Origin: an uncultured Alphaproteobacteria bacterium
Lineage (GTDB): Bacteria > Pseudomonadota > Alphaproteobacteria > Rickettsiales > UBA1997
NCBI GenBank assembly: GCA_903937405.1
Contig: CAIZZE010000039.1
Coordinates: 3,185-67,184, forward strand
Length of the DNA stretch: 64,000 bases
Direction: 5' to 3'
The notes beneath the pieces are model-generated. The model did not search any database. It was not told where the DNA came from and saw only the letters and a list, made by a program, of their open reading frames with translations. Position numbers and translations under genes: made by a program. Below are positions 1 through 9,606 of this stretch, piece by piece (position 1 is the first letter of the stretch; each line of letters starts with the position of its first letter).

Positions 1-471
1 GATTGTAATAAAATGGTAATTACCTAAATTATCAGTAATTGTGCGACCCGACATGCTGAAATATTTATCAATATATTCGCTATTTGGTTCAAGCAAAGTG
101 TGATATTTTCCTGCAGCATTAGTTTGCCAGATTTCAATAACTGCGCCTTCAATCGGCACGCCGAAAGAATCAACAATTGTGCCTTGAAGAAAAATTACTT
201 CACCATAAGCACGATAAAACGAACCAACTTTTTTGGCGAGATTGTTTGTAGTAGCAAATGTGTCCGGCATTGACAAATCAGCAGAAAAAAAACGCGAAGG
301 AGTTGGTTTTTTTGGCTCAAAAGCTGATGGAACTGGTTTTGCAAAATTATTTACCACCTGACCTTTAACATCTTTATATTGCGGAGCTATTTCAACAGTT
401 GTGGAATCTTCAGCCGCAAAAGTTAGAGATGAAAAAACTAGCGCAAAAATGATAAAGAAAAATCTGATCAT
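1..471 (-). CDS. Intradiol ring-cleavage dioxygenase family protein (protocatechuate 3,4-dioxygenase beta-like), N-terminal 157 codons; the 3' part lies outside the window
   Basis: Not in the ORF track because it is truncated by the window edge. My reverse-strand translation from ATG at 471 gives [23 protein letters not shown]... (signal-peptide-like) and then ...[28 protein letters not shown]...[21 protein letters not shown]. This matches the EiWQ.n..G.Y / GR..Td..G.y.F.TI pattern of intradiol dioxygenases. The ATG overlaps the dcd stop (ATGA at 468-471). Confidence 0.6.
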   Translation of the reverse strand, partial: MIRFFFIIFALVFSSLTFAAEDSTTVEIAPQYKDVKGQVVNNFAKPVPSAFEPKKPTPSRFFSADLSMPDTFATTNNLAKKVGSFYRAYGEVIFLQGTIVDSFGVPIEGAVIEIWQTNAAGKYHTLLEPNSEYIDKYFSMSGRTITDNLGNYHFITI

Positions 472-1037
472 ACCTTTGGCAGCGTTACTCCTGTTTGCTT
501 CATATATTTCCCCGAACGCATGTCATAAGAAATTTCGCACGGCTGATCACCTTTGAAAAATAAAAATTGGCATGCACCTTCAAAGGCATAAATTTTTGCT
601 GGAAGTGGTGTGGTGTTAGAAAATTCTAAAGTTACATGACCTTCCCAACCTGGTTCAAGCGGAGTTACATTTACAATAATTCCACAACGCGCATAAGTTG
701 ATTTACCAACACAGACTACCAAAACATCTTTTGGAATACGAAAATATTCAACTGTGCGCGCCAGAGCAAAGCTGTTTGGAGGAATAATACAAACATCAGT
801 TGTACGATTTACAAAACTGGTTTCGCAGAAATTTTTTGGATCAACTATTGCAGAATCAATATTGGTAAAAATCTTGAATTCGTTAGAAACCCGTGCATCA
901 TAGCCGTAAGATGAATTGCCGTAAGAAATAATTTTTTGACCTTTATCATCAAAACGCGTTTGATTAGCCACAAATGGTTCGATCATTTTTTGTTTAATAG
1001 CAAGTTCAGCAATTGATTTATCGGAAAGAATAGACAT
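468..1037 (-). CDS. dcd: dCTP deaminase
   Basis: 189-aa ORF. The N-terminus [13 protein letters not shown], the length and overall sequence are typical of Dcd. Confidence 0.9.
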   Translation of the reverse strand: MSILSDKSIAELAIKQKMIEPFVANQTRFDDKGQKIISYGNSSYGYDARVSNEFKIFTNIDSAIVDPKNFCETSFVNRTTDVCIIPPNSFALARTVEYFRIPKDVLVVCVGKSTYARCGIIVNVTPLEPGWEGHVTLEFSNTTPLPAKIYAFEGACQFLFFKGDQPCEISYDMRSGKYMKQTGVTLPKV

Positions 1038-1155
1038 TTCTTCAAATTGAATTTTTTAAGGATTTAGCAAGAAGTTTCTTGCCTGTAAGAGGAGTGGTTT
1101 TTATAAAAAACAAATCTCAAAAGACAATTTAAGATTATAGTATTTTAATTAAATT

Positions 1156-1239
1156 AGATCCTGAAACAAGTTCAGGATGACGATGTTGGAAATACTAATC
1201 CTAAAAAAACTCCGTCATCCTGAACTTGTTTCAGGATCT
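1156..1239. repeat. Palindromic repeat element, family 1 (RPE-like). Arms are AGATCCTGAAACAAGTTCAGGATGACG / CGTCATCCTGAACTTGTTTCAGGATCT.
   Basis: Near-perfect ~27-bp inverted arms separated by ~30 bp in the dcd-kefB intergenic region. The same arms recur at 3052, 32227, 33311, 43527, 45050 and 49065. Confidence 0.85.
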
Positions 1240-1274
1240 GTTTAATTCACAAACAACCAGAAACTTTATTATTC

Positions 1275-3041
1275 ATGCACGATATTAGTTACTTACGCGA
1301 CATTCTAATTCTACTTTTTGCCTCCGTCGCAATCGTAATTATTTTCAAACAACTCGGCCTAAGCCCCGCACTTGGTTATCTGGTTTCAGGTGCCGCAATC
1401 GGGCCTTTCGGATTTGGAGTTTTAACTAGCACCGAAACTACAAAATCAATCGCCGAACTTGGAATTGTATTTTTGCTTTTTGCCATCGGTCTAGAATTAA
1501 CCTTCAGCCGCTTGCTGGCTATGCGTAAATATGTTTTAGGCTTTGGTAGTTTACAGGTGATTTTAACTTCCGGCGTAATTTCATTAATCTGCAACAAATT
1601 TTTCCACATGAACCTCGACGCTTCAATCGTAATTGGAAGCGCGCTAGCTCTATCTTCAACTGCAATCGTAATGCAGGTTATTGCTGAACATGGCGAACAA
1701 TCAACAAGGGTTGGACGCTTATCATTTTCAATTCTTTTGATGCAAGATTTAGCCGTAATCCCGATTTTAGTTTTACTTCCTTTGCTGACAAAAACTGATT
1801 TAAATGTTGCTCACGCTTTAGGCGGCGCATTGCTTGATGCCTGCATCGCGATGGGAATTATCTTTGTTGTTGGCCGTCTTTTATTGCGCCCAGTTTATCG
1901 TTTAATTGCCGAAACCAAAAGTGATGTTTTATTTTTAAGCTTCACTTTGATCGTAGTTTTAGGATCAGCTTTTTTAAGTAATTATATGGGGTTATCTTTT
2001 GCCCTTGGTGCTTTCATTGCTGGTTTGATGGTGGCAGAAACTGAATATAAATATCGCGTTGAAGAAGAAATTTTATCCCTCAAATCACTTCTTTTAGGCT
2101 TGTTTTTCATGACTATCGGCATGTCTTTCGACTTTGATTTATTGTTGAGCAGCTTGCCTTACATCGTGATGGTTTCAATTGGTTTAATTATCGTAAAATG
2201 CGCGATCATCGTTTTATTATGCCGCATTTTCCGTTTTCCTTTAGCTCCGGCAATCCATACTGGCTTGCTTTTAGCACAAGGTGGTGAATTTGCTTTCGTA
2301 GTATTTTTGATGGCAGTTCAGCAAAAATTTATGGAAATTGATTTATCGCAATTTTTGATGACCGTTGTTACTTTTACCATGGCACTTACTCCACTGCTTG
2401 CAGCTTTGGGACGTAAGGCTAAAAGCTATCTTTATACCAAAGAAGTTCTTCACGATAACAAACTTAGACGCGAAATTGGCGATGTCGAAAAACACGTTAT
2501 TATTATTGGTTTTTCTAAATTAGGTCGCGTTGTTTCGTACATACTTCGTAAACGCGGCGTAAATTATTTAATTCTGGAAAATAACCATCGCATGGTGCGC
2601 ATCGAAAAAAACAACGGCTACAATATTTATTACGGCGATGCTATGAATGTTGATATTTTGCGCCATATCGGCGTTGACCGCGCTGAATCAGTAATTATCG
2701 CGCTGGAAGACGAAACCGCCTGCATGAAAATCACTCGCTTCATCAATGAAAATTTCCCAGATTCAACCGTAATTACCAAATCTGAAACCATCAATAATGC
2801 CGATCGCTTTAAAAAAGCCGGAGCCAATTTGGTAATATCAAAAAATCTAGAAACCGGCCTGCAACTAAGCTCAGCAGCCCTTGCCTCCGTTGGCATGAAA
2901 AGCGCCGATATCAACAGCGCTCTTTCAGCTTTCCGTGATATTAATGATGACATTATTAAAGATGTGATTCTTTACGATGAAAGCGCCGAAAGTGGTGAGA
3001 TTTTTAACAAGAAACCAGAAAGAAAAACTGAAGGTGAATAA
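1275..3041 (+). CDS. kefB: CPA2-family monovalent cation:proton antiporter with a C-terminal TrkA-N (RCK) domain, KefB/KefC-like
   Basis: 588 aa. The polytopic N-terminal domain (..GYLVSGAAIGPFGFG..ELGIVFLLFAIGLEL..) is followed by the Rossmann-like stretch HVIIIGFSKLGRVVSYIL. Confidence 0.75.
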   Translation: MHDISYLRDILILLFASVAIVIIFKQLGLSPALGYLVSGAAIGPFGFGVLTSTETTKSIAELGIVFLLFAIGLELTFSRLLAMRKYVLGFGSLQVILTSGVISLICNKFFHMNLDASIVIGSALALSSTAIVMQVIAEHGEQSTRVGRLSFSILLMQDLAVIPILVLLPLLTKTDLNVAHALGGALLDACIAMGIIFVVGRLLLRPVYRLIAETKSDVLFLSFTLIVVLGSAFLSNYMGLSFALGAFIAGLMVAETEYKYRVEEEILSLKSLLLGLFFMTIGMSFDFDLLLSSLPYIVMVSIGLIIVKCAIIVLLCRIFRFPLAPAIHTGLLLAQGGEFAFVVFLMAVQQKFMEIDLSQFLMTVVTFTMALTPLLAALGRKAKSYLYTKEVLHDNKLRREIGDVEKHVIIIGFSKLGRVVSYILRKRGVNYLILENNHRMVRIEKNNGYNIYYGDAMNVDILRHIGVDRAESVIIALEDETACMKITRFINENFPDSTVITKSETINNADRFKKAGANLVISKNLETGLQLSSAALASVGMKSADINSALSAFRDINDDIIKDVILYDESAESGEIFNKKPERKTEGE

Positions 3042-3051
3042 AATTCACACT

Positions 3052-3079
3052 AGATCCTAAAAACAAGTTCAGGATGAAG
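3052..3079. repeat. Family 1 palindromic element, solo half-copy (one degenerate arm only)
   Basis: AGATCCTAAAAACAAGTTCAGGATGAAG lies directly after the kefB stop. No matching right arm was found nearby. Confidence 0.6.
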
Positions 3080-3216
3080 ATGTGGTAAGAATTTTTCTAA
3101 GTATTTTGATTGATGGTGGGGTTGGAAAAGCTCTTGAAGGAGGAAGTGTATTAAACATACTCGACCGACTGAGAGAGTTTTTCCAACCCCAGCAACGATC
3201 AAAAGACGACGAAAAA

Positions 3217-3294
3217 TGGTCGGGGCGGAGAGATTCGAACTCCCGACCCCCTGGTCCCAAACCAGGTGCGCTAGCCAGACTGCGCTACGCCCCG
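3217..3294 (-). tRNA. tRNA-Pro (anticodon UGG), CCA encoded
   Basis: The reverse complement reads CGGGGCGTAGCGCAGTCTGGCTAGCGCACCTGGTTTGGGACCAGGGGGTCGGGAGTTCGAATCTCTCCGCCCCGACCA. I folded it by hand into a cloverleaf with a 7-bp acceptor, D arm GCGC/GCGC, anticodon stem CCTGG/CCAGG with loop TTTGGGA, and T arm GGGAG-TTCGAAT-CTCTC. Confidence 0.93.
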
Positions 3295-3406
3295 ACAGTA
3301 AAATTTTTCTTGAAAGTAAAATTTAAAAAAGGAAATTGTGATATTCGCGTTTCGTTCATTTTTTTCGAGGCGCGAAATAAACAAACAACCGCACCAAAAG
3401 TCAACC

Positions 3407-3703
3407 ATGAAAATCACCAATAAAAAAACTTTTTTACTTTTCACATTTTTAACCCTTATCTTCCACATAAATTCCAGCTTTGCCTGGGATGGTTATGATT
3501 ACGATAATAAAACCGCAATTGAAATCGGGCCCGGAAATTTAGTTCGCGAAGGCTCGGTCTTTCAGTTTTATGATTCAAAAATGGATAATTACCGCACCGG
3601 AAAAATATTATTCATGGATTCAGTTGCGGGTGGCACAAGACTTCAACTACAAGATCTCGACTCCAAAAAAGAGCGAACCTTTATCATGAAAGAACAACAA
3701 TAA
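3407..3703 (+). CDS. Small hypothetical secreted protein
   Basis: The ORF track gives 3338..3703. I prefer the internal ATG at 3407 (MKITNKKTFLLFTFLTLIFHINSSFA|WDG...), which yields a classic signal peptide. No recognisable family. Confidence 0.45.
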   Translation: MKITNKKTFLLFTFLTLIFHINSSFAWDGYDYDNKTAIEIGPGNLVREGSVFQFYDSKMDNYRTGKILFMDSVAGGTRLQLQDLDSKKERTFIMKEQQ

Positions 3704-3714
3704 ATTCAGCAAAA

Positions 3715-4593
3715 ATGAAAGGAATTATACTCGCCGGCGGCAGCGGAACAAGACTTGCGCCTTTAACAAACATAATCAGCAAACAATTATTGCCGGTTTA
3801 TGACAAGCCAATGATTTGCTATCCGCTTGCCACTTTGATGAATCTGAATATTAAAGAAATTTTAATCATTTCAACTCCGCAAGACACGCCAAATATTGAA
3901 AAATTTTTAGGCGATGGATCGGATTATGGATTAAATCTTTCTTACGCCGCGCAAGATGAACCCAAAGGAATTGCCGAAGCATTTTTGATTGGTGAAAAAT
4001 TTATCCAAAATGAAAATGTCTGCCTGATTTTAGGAGATAATATTTTTTACGGCGCGGAAATAAATCACGAAAATTTGGAAGATAAAATTGCCCAAGTTGA
4101 ATCTGGCAAAATCGGCGGATTAGTTTTTGCTTATCACATTTCCGACCCTGAAAGATATGGCGTTGTGGAGTTTGATGAAAATGACAGAGTCCTTTCAATT
4201 GAAGAAAAACCAAAACAACCGAAATCAAATTTCGCTGTTACGGGACTTTATATTTATAATTGTGATGTGGTTAAGATTACCAAAAATCTAAAACCGTCTG
4301 ATCGCGGCGAGCTAGAAATCACCGATGTAAATATTGCTTATCTAAAAGAGAAAAAACTCGGAATCATTAAGTTAAGACGTGGATTTGCCTGGCTCGATGC
4401 TGGAACACCAGATTCACTTTTGGAATCCTCGCAATTCATTCATACAATTGAAAAAAGACAGGGATTGAAAATTGCTTGTATTGAAGAAATGGCTTTTAAC
4501 AAAGGTTTTATCGATGCCAAGCAATTTGATGCCTTAAGAGAAAAATACAAAAAAGGTTCGCCTTATAGAAATTACTTAGAACATCTTATTTAA
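3715..4593 (+). CDS. rfbA: Glucose-1-phosphate thymidylyltransferase
   Basis: 292 aa. MKGIILAGGSGTRLAPLT...SKQLLPVYDKPMI and the RmlA-typical remainder. Confidence 0.93.
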   Translation: MKGIILAGGSGTRLAPLTNIISKQLLPVYDKPMICYPLATLMNLNIKEILIISTPQDTPNIEKFLGDGSDYGLNLSYAAQDEPKGIAEAFLIGEKFIQNENVCLILGDNIFYGAEINHENLEDKIAQVESGKIGGLVFAYHISDPERYGVVEFDENDRVLSIEEKPKQPKSNFAVTGLYIYNCDVVKITKNLKPSDRGELEITDVNIAYLKEKKLGIIKLRRGFAWLDAGTPDSLLESSQFIHTIEKRQGLKIACIEEMAFNKGFIDAKQFDALREKYKKGSPYRNYLEHLI

Positions 4594-4628
4594 ACAATCA
4601 TTTCAAAGAAATTTAATAAATTATAAGA

Positions 4629-6896
4629 ATGAAGAGATTAGTAATATTTGCTCACTACGATAAGGATGGCTTAATCGACGATTACGTCATAGATTACCTC
4701 AAAGAGTTAAAAAAATTTGCCCAAGATATATTCTTCATTTCAGACTGCAAAATTGATCAGGAAGAACTTTTGAAATTAGATGGGATAGTTTCTCATTCCA
4801 TTTGTCAGAAACATGGTGAGTACGATTTCGGAAGCTATAAGAGAGGAATATTTGCGGCGAAGAATGAGTTACAAAATTATGACCAACTAATTCTTACTAA
4901 TGATTCTTGTTATTTATTAACCACCCTAACTCCAGTCTTTGAAGAGATGTCTAGCAGGAATTATGTTGACTTTTGGGGGCTAATCCAAAGCACTCAGACA
5001 TTCCCACTTCATCTTCAGAGCTATTTTATAGTTTTTAATAAAAGTGTTTTTCTTAGTGATGATTTTTTAACTTTTTTCTCTGCAGTAAAAAAGGGAAAAT
5101 CAAAGATCGACATTATAAGAAATTACGAAGTTGGGCTAACCCAGACTCTCTTGAATTGCGGCTTTAAAAAAGATTCTTTTTTTCAAGAAATTTTTGAGAA
5201 ACCACCTGCACATGTCTTACTTTCCAATCTTGTTCCTAGAGGGTTCCCCTTCATAAAAGTTGAGATGTTGCGGCAAAATATTTCGAGAATAAATCCCAAA
5301 GAACTGAGTAAGTGGAGAGGTTTTGTTGATAGAGAAAGAGCTCTAATAATAGAAAATCATTTAAAAAGATTTGAGCTCCATTCATCAAGAATTATCAATT
5401 TGGCACTAAATAACAAAGTTACTTTTCAATCATTGGTTAAGGAAGCGATAAATGAAACTAATGAATTAGTAAAAATTGAACTGCTTTCTAAGGCAGCCTC
5501 ATTTGCTACCTATCATGTTTGTGGAGCTTTCAACTCGAAAGATATAGAGCAGGAACTATTAACGATATCTCAAAACCACTTTATAGAACTAGCTTCTAAA
5601 ACACAAAAAAATTCCTTTCTTCATGTTTTTACTGAATGCTATGTCACCGGTGGACACACAAGAGTTTGCGAGAGATGGATAGAATTCTCACCAAGCAACG
5701 AGATACATTCTGTTATACTGCTGAAACAAAGTAGCGACATACCCAATCGTTTAAGAGAGGTGGTAAAAGATAAAGGCGGTAAATTTTTAGTTCAAAATAA
5801 TAGCCATAACTCCATTGAAAAGGCTTTAGAGCTCAGAAAAATTGCATCTGAATATGATGTAATAATACTGCATGTCCATATGGATGACGTCGTGCCAATT
5901 ATTGCCTTTGGAACAGAGGAATTTAAAAGACCGGTTATTTTTTTTAATCATGCCGACCACCTATTTTGGCTAGGTGTTAGTATATCCGATCAGGTCGTTA
6001 ATTTAAGAACCTTTGCTAAAAAATTAGATATAAAATACAGAGGCACTTCCAAAAACTTTGTTTTACCCTTACCTATTCACGAAGTTTCTGTGCCTAAAAA
6101 TTTAGATCAAATCGCCAAAATAAAACTTGGGTTGGGCTTTGCAGCCTCAGCAAAAATAATTTTAACCATAGCCGCTAGTTGGAAATTCAAACCGTTTGGC
6201 AAATATAATTTTGTTGAAATGGCATTTGAATTAGTTTCTAAAAATAAAGATATTGTCGTTCTTGCGATAGGCCCAAGTAGAAATGAAGAATTGTGGGATT
6301 TGGCATTTAAAAAAAGTGGTGGCAGAATAAATGCAATAGGATGCGTCGATAATGATGAGGTGGAAAAGTATCTAAGTATTGCCGATATTGCCATTGATAG
6401 TTTTCCCATTTCATCATTTACCTCAATGTTAGATGTGGCAAAATACGGCATTCCTTGCCTATCAATAAAAACTCCGCTTAATGAGATTGACACCTTCGTG
6501 GAAGCAAACATTTACTGCGCCGATCAAGAAGATTTGGTGAAAAAGATTTTACACATCCTCAAAACAAAATCTCGAAACAACCTACTTGAAATCTTGACTA
6601 AAAATCACTTCAAAGATTCTTTTAAAGAAAATCTAAAAAATCTTTATAAAGAAACTCCGCGTAAACATCGGGTACATGATTTTTTTGATGATAGCATGAG
6701 AACAGAAATAACAGATATGGAGCTATTACTAGCATCATTATCTTATACAGAAATCAAAATACCAAAAAAAACTCTTATCAAAAAATTCAAGATCAGTTGC
6801 AAAAAAAGAATTATCTCAATCAAGAATCTCCCATCAAGATTAAAAAAAAGTTCAAAAAAAAGAATATTATCCCTAACTAATTACATATCGCGGTGA
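4629..6896 (+). CDS. Rhamnan-synthesis-F (RgpF)-family glycosyltransferase fused to a C-terminal GT-B-like domain
   Basis: 755 aa. The N-terminal ~250 aa (RLVIFAHYDKDGLIDDYVIDYL...GEYDFGSYKRG...LQSYFIVF) are paralogous to the 7015 and 9607 ORFs and fit the RgpF pattern as I remember it. The C-terminal half (..YVTGGHTRV..) looks like a separate sugar-transferase domain. Confidence 0.65.
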   Translation: MKRLVIFAHYDKDGLIDDYVIDYLKELKKFAQDIFFISDCKIDQEELLKLDGIVSHSICQKHGEYDFGSYKRGIFAAKNELQNYDQLILTNDSCYLLTTLTPVFEEMSSRNYVDFWGLIQSTQTFPLHLQSYFIVFNKSVFLSDDFLTFFSAVKKGKSKIDIIRNYEVGLTQTLLNCGFKKDSFFQEIFEKPPAHVLLSNLVPRGFPFIKVEMLRQNISRINPKELSKWRGFVDRERALIIENHLKRFELHSSRIINLALNNKVTFQSLVKEAINETNELVKIELLSKAASFATYHVCGAFNSKDIEQELLTISQNHFIELASKTQKNSFLHVFTECYVTGGHTRVCERWIEFSPSNEIHSVILLKQSSDIPNRLREVVKDKGGKFLVQNNSHNSIEKALELRKIASEYDVIILHVHMDDVVPIIAFGTEEFKRPVIFFNHADHLFWLGVSISDQVVNLRTFAKKLDIKYRGTSKNFVLPLPIHEVSVPKNLDQIAKIKLGLGFAASAKIILTIAASWKFKPFGKYNFVEMAFELVSKNKDIVVLAIGPSRNEELWDLAFKKSGGRINAIGCVDNDEVEKYLSIADIAIDSFPISSFTSMLDVAKYGIPCLSIKTPLNEIDTFVEANIYCADQEDLVKKILHILKTKSRNNLLEILTKNHFKDSFKENLKNLYKETPRKHRVHDFFDDSMRTEITDMELLLASLSYTEIKIPKKTLIKKFKISCKKRIISIKNLPSRLKKSSKKRILSLTNYISR

Positions 6897-6991
6897 TGAA
6901 CATTGACGAAAATAAATTTGATATCTTGAAGAAAAAATATAAAAAGGCTCACCTTATAGATCTTATTTGGAATCACTTGCTTAGAGATTAA
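6896..6991 (+). pseudogene. Relic copy of the 3' end of rfbA (duplication scar)
   Basis: A 31-codon frame, MNIDENKFDILKKKYKKAHLIDLIWNHLLRD*, parallels the RfbA C-terminus IDAKQFDALREKYKKGSPYRNYLEHLI*. Nucleotide similarity is visible (GAAAAATACAAAAAAGGTTCGCCTTATAGA vs AAAAAATATAAAAAGGCTCACCTTATAGA). It sits at the same distance upstream of an RgpF paralogue as the real rfbA end. Confidence 0.55.
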
Positions 6992-7014
6992 TTCAAAAAT
7001 TACCCAATAATAAA

Positions 7015-8208
7015 ATGAAGAGACTAGCAATATTTGCTCACTATGACAAGCAATCCATTATTGACGAATACGTAATATTTTATTTGGAATCTTTAAAGAA
7101 AAGTATCGATAAAATTATTTTTGCTTCCGACTGTATTTTAAACGCAACTGAATTAAAAAAAATTAATCATCTAGTCTTTCAAACTATCTGCGAGAATCAT
7201 GGAGAATATGATTTTGGAAGCTATAAGCGAGGTCTAGCCCTACTTATAAAACAGTTCCCAAACGAACTTTCAGAAGCTGATGAATTAGTATTTGCGAACG
7301 ACTCTTGTTACTGCTTAAGAGATCTTGAGAATATTTTTTTAGACACTGAAAACAAGGATTGTGATGCTTGGTCCCTTGGAGATGACTATGAAAACCCTCA
7401 TGCTAACAGCTTTTACAAAACAAAGAAATATTACCTGCAAAGCTATTTTATCGTTTTTAGAAAAAGTGTTTTTTTAGAAAGTTTTTTTCAAAACTTTCTC
7501 AGTGGGGTAAAAAAACTAGAACATAAACACCAGATTATTTTTGAATATGAAGAAGGACTTAGTCGACTTCTAACCGCAAATAACAAGAAATTATTTGCTT
7601 ATTTTTCTGCAAATAGAGTATCTCATTATATCTGCGATCACTACTTGAAGCAAGTTGAGGAATTGGTTGATCTTATAAAAAAAACTTCTCATTGCAGCGA
7701 AGACGAGGCATTTTCTATTATCAATGGCAGCTTTGATATTTCACGCATGAACTACATCCATTCTAACAAATTTTATTTTCTTTTAGAAATTGGATTTCCA
7801 CTGATCAAAAGAGCGATCATCTGCAAGAACATCAAAACATTCGACAGCGAAAGATTGACATTCTTCTGGAAAGAAATTGTAGAGAAATTAACGCATTTTA
7901 ACACTGGGATAATCTTAAATCACCTAGATAGAATTTCGGTAGAGGCTAAGAAATCATCAGACTTTGCCAAGTTAGCTAATCCTTCGCCTCTTTATCGCAA
8001 ACCAACTCCGCGATATCAATCTATGCGTCAAATACTATCCGCTAGAACTTTATTACAAGTTAAGTGCACAAAAAATAATCGTCTGATTATCAAAATATTA
8101 AAAATTCCTTTAATTAGGTGTGCGAAAAATAATCGCTTTATTATCAAGATATTAAAAATTTCTTTTTTTAATCGATATTTAATTAGCGAAAAATTTCTTC
8201 ACCATTAA
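7015..8208 (+). CDS. Rhamnan-synthesis-F (RgpF)-family protein, paralogue 2
   Basis: 397 aa. RLAIFAHYDKQSIIDEYVIFYL...GEYDFGSYKRG...LQSYFIVFRKSVF. The C-terminus carries an internal tandem duplication (KNNRLIIKILKIPLIR / KNNRFIIKILKISFF). Confidence 0.65.
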   Translation: MKRLAIFAHYDKQSIIDEYVIFYLESLKKSIDKIIFASDCILNATELKKINHLVFQTICENHGEYDFGSYKRGLALLIKQFPNELSEADELVFANDSCYCLRDLENIFLDTENKDCDAWSLGDDYENPHANSFYKTKKYYLQSYFIVFRKSVFLESFFQNFLSGVKKLEHKHQIIFEYEEGLSRLLTANNKKLFAYFSANRVSHYICDHYLKQVEELVDLIKKTSHCSEDEAFSIINGSFDISRMNYIHSNKFYFLLEIGFPLIKRAIICKNIKTFDSERLTFFWKEIVEKLTHFNTGIILNHLDRISVEAKKSSDFAKLANPSPLYRKPTPRYQSMRQILSARTLLQVKCTKNNRLIIKILKIPLIRCAKNNRFIIKILKISFFNRYLISEKFLHH

Positions 8209-8222
8209 AAAATAAATAATTA

Positions 8223-9047
8223 CTAATTTTGTAAATAACTATGCAGCGCTTCTTCCCATCTTCTCAACATTTTACTATTTTCCATCGCTGAAAATTTCGG
8301 TCTTTTGGCGGGGCGAGGAAATTCAGCGGTTGCAACCGGAATCACCTCAATTTCAATTTTTAGAATTTCAAAAATCTTTTTGGCAAATTCAAACCAACTC
8401 GTAGCACCGCCGCCGCAAATTTGATAGGTGCCAAAAGGCATATTTTTCTCAATTAAGTTTTTTACGCCATCCGCCAAATCAACCGTCCAAGTTGGACAGC
8501 CGAATTGGTCATTTACAACCTTAATTGATTTTTGGGTTTTGCTTAGGTTGATCATGGTGTCAACAAAGTTTTTTCCGTTTTTGCCATAGAGCCAACTTGT
8601 TCTTGCTATGTAGTGTTTGGGGTTTTCTTTTTTTACATTTTCTTCACCCATAAGCTTAGAAGCGCCGTAAATATTGAGTGGATTTGTTTTGTCGCTTGGC
8701 AAATAAGGCGCGCCTTTTTCGCCGTCAAAAACGTAATCGGTGCTAATATAAATCATCGGCACTAATTTTTCATTTGAAGCAATTGCCACATTTTTTGCTC
8801 CTTTTGCATTAATCAAAAAAGCTAAATCCTCATTGGTTTCAGCATCATCAACTTTGGTGTAAGCTGCGGCATGCAGTACAAAATCAATTTTATTTTTGGC
8901 AAAAAATTCTCGAACCTGTGCCAAATTTGTCACATCTAAATCGGCTTTATTGGCTTTTAAAACATTGTAACCTGAATCAAAAAATAACTGCGCCGCATCT
9001 TTTCCAAACATACCGCCAGCGCCTGTAATCAAAATAGTTTTTTTCAT
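8223..9047 (-). CDS. rfbD: dTDP-4-dehydrorhamnose reductase
   Basis: 274 aa. KTILITGAGGMFGKD Rossmann N-terminus, RmlD-like length and motifs (..STDYVFDG..). Abuts rfbC. Confidence 0.88.
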   Translation of the reverse strand: MKKTILITGAGGMFGKDAAQLFFDSGYNVLKANKADLDVTNLAQVREFFAKNKIDFVLHAAAYTKVDDAETNEDLAFLINAKGAKNVAIASNEKLVPMIYISTDYVFDGEKGAPYLPSDKTNPLNIYGASKLMGEENVKKENPKHYIARTSWLYGKNGKNFVDTMINLSKTQKSIKVVNDQFGCPTWTVDLADGVKNLIEKNMPFGTYQICGGGATSWFEFAKKIFEILKIEIEVIPVATAEFPRPAKRPKFSAMENSKMLRRWEEALHSYLQN

Positions 9048-9599
9048 CTAAAAAAAATTTGGCAGATCATTTAAAAAAGGTAAAATCTGATCCTTATCAG
9101 AAACAATTGGGTTTTTCACCTTCCAATCAATTCCTAAAGTTGGGTCATTAAAACGAATTCCAGCTTCTGATTTCTGGTCATATTCGCCGCCCGACACATC
9201 GTAGGAAACTTCAGCTTCAAAAGAAAGCACTGAAAATCCGTGAGCAAAGCCAACCGGAATGTATAACATCACCTTATTTTCAGCGGAAAGATGGATGCCA
9301 AAAAACTTTCCATAAGTCGGAGAATTTTTGCGCAGATCAACCGCCACATCATAAATTTCACCCTGCAAACATCTGACTAATTTTGCCTGTGCACTTTTGC
9401 CAGTTTGAAAATGCAAACCACGCACCACATTTTGAAAAGAGAATGATTGATTGGTTTGAATAAAATCATCAGCCAAGTTAAACCCCTTGAAAGCAGAGGC
9501 TTTGTAAGTTTCAAAAAAATATCCGCGACTATCTTTGAAAGTTTTTGGGACAATGATTTTTAATCCCGAAAATTGGTTGGTTTCAACTGTGAAGTTCAT
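9048..9599 (-). CDS. rfbC: dTDP-4-dehydrorhamnose 3,5-epimerase
   Basis: 183 aa. ..FKDSRGYFFETYK...RGLHFQ...KLVRCLQGEIYDVAVDLR..GFAHGF, a canonical RmlC cupin. Confidence 0.9.
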   Translation of the reverse strand: MNFTVETNQFSGLKIIVPKTFKDSRGYFFETYKASAFKGFNLADDFIQTNQSFSFQNVVRGLHFQTGKSAQAKLVRCLQGEIYDVAVDLRKNSPTYGKFFGIHLSAENKVMLYIPVGFAHGFSVLSFEAEVSYDVSGGEYDQKSEAGIRFNDPTLGIDWKVKNPIVSDKDQILPFLNDLPNFF

Positions 9600-9606
9600 A
9601 ATTTTT

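Noticed and set aside
3118-3190. 12-bp inverted repeat GGGGTTGGAAAA ... TTTTCCAACCCC downstream of tRNA-Pro
   Set aside because: The arms are separated by ~50 nt with no supporting inner pairing that I could see, and no second copy occurs in the window. This is too weak to call an sRNA, terminator or repeat family.
3069-3423. ORFs 3069..3260 (-) and 3082..3423 (+) in the kefB / small-ORF spacer
   Set aside because: Both run straight through the tRNA-Pro gene (3217-3294) and its flanks. Their sequences (..GREFESLRPD.., ..RRDSNSRPPGPKPGALARLRYAP..) are simply translated tRNA, so I treat them as spurious.
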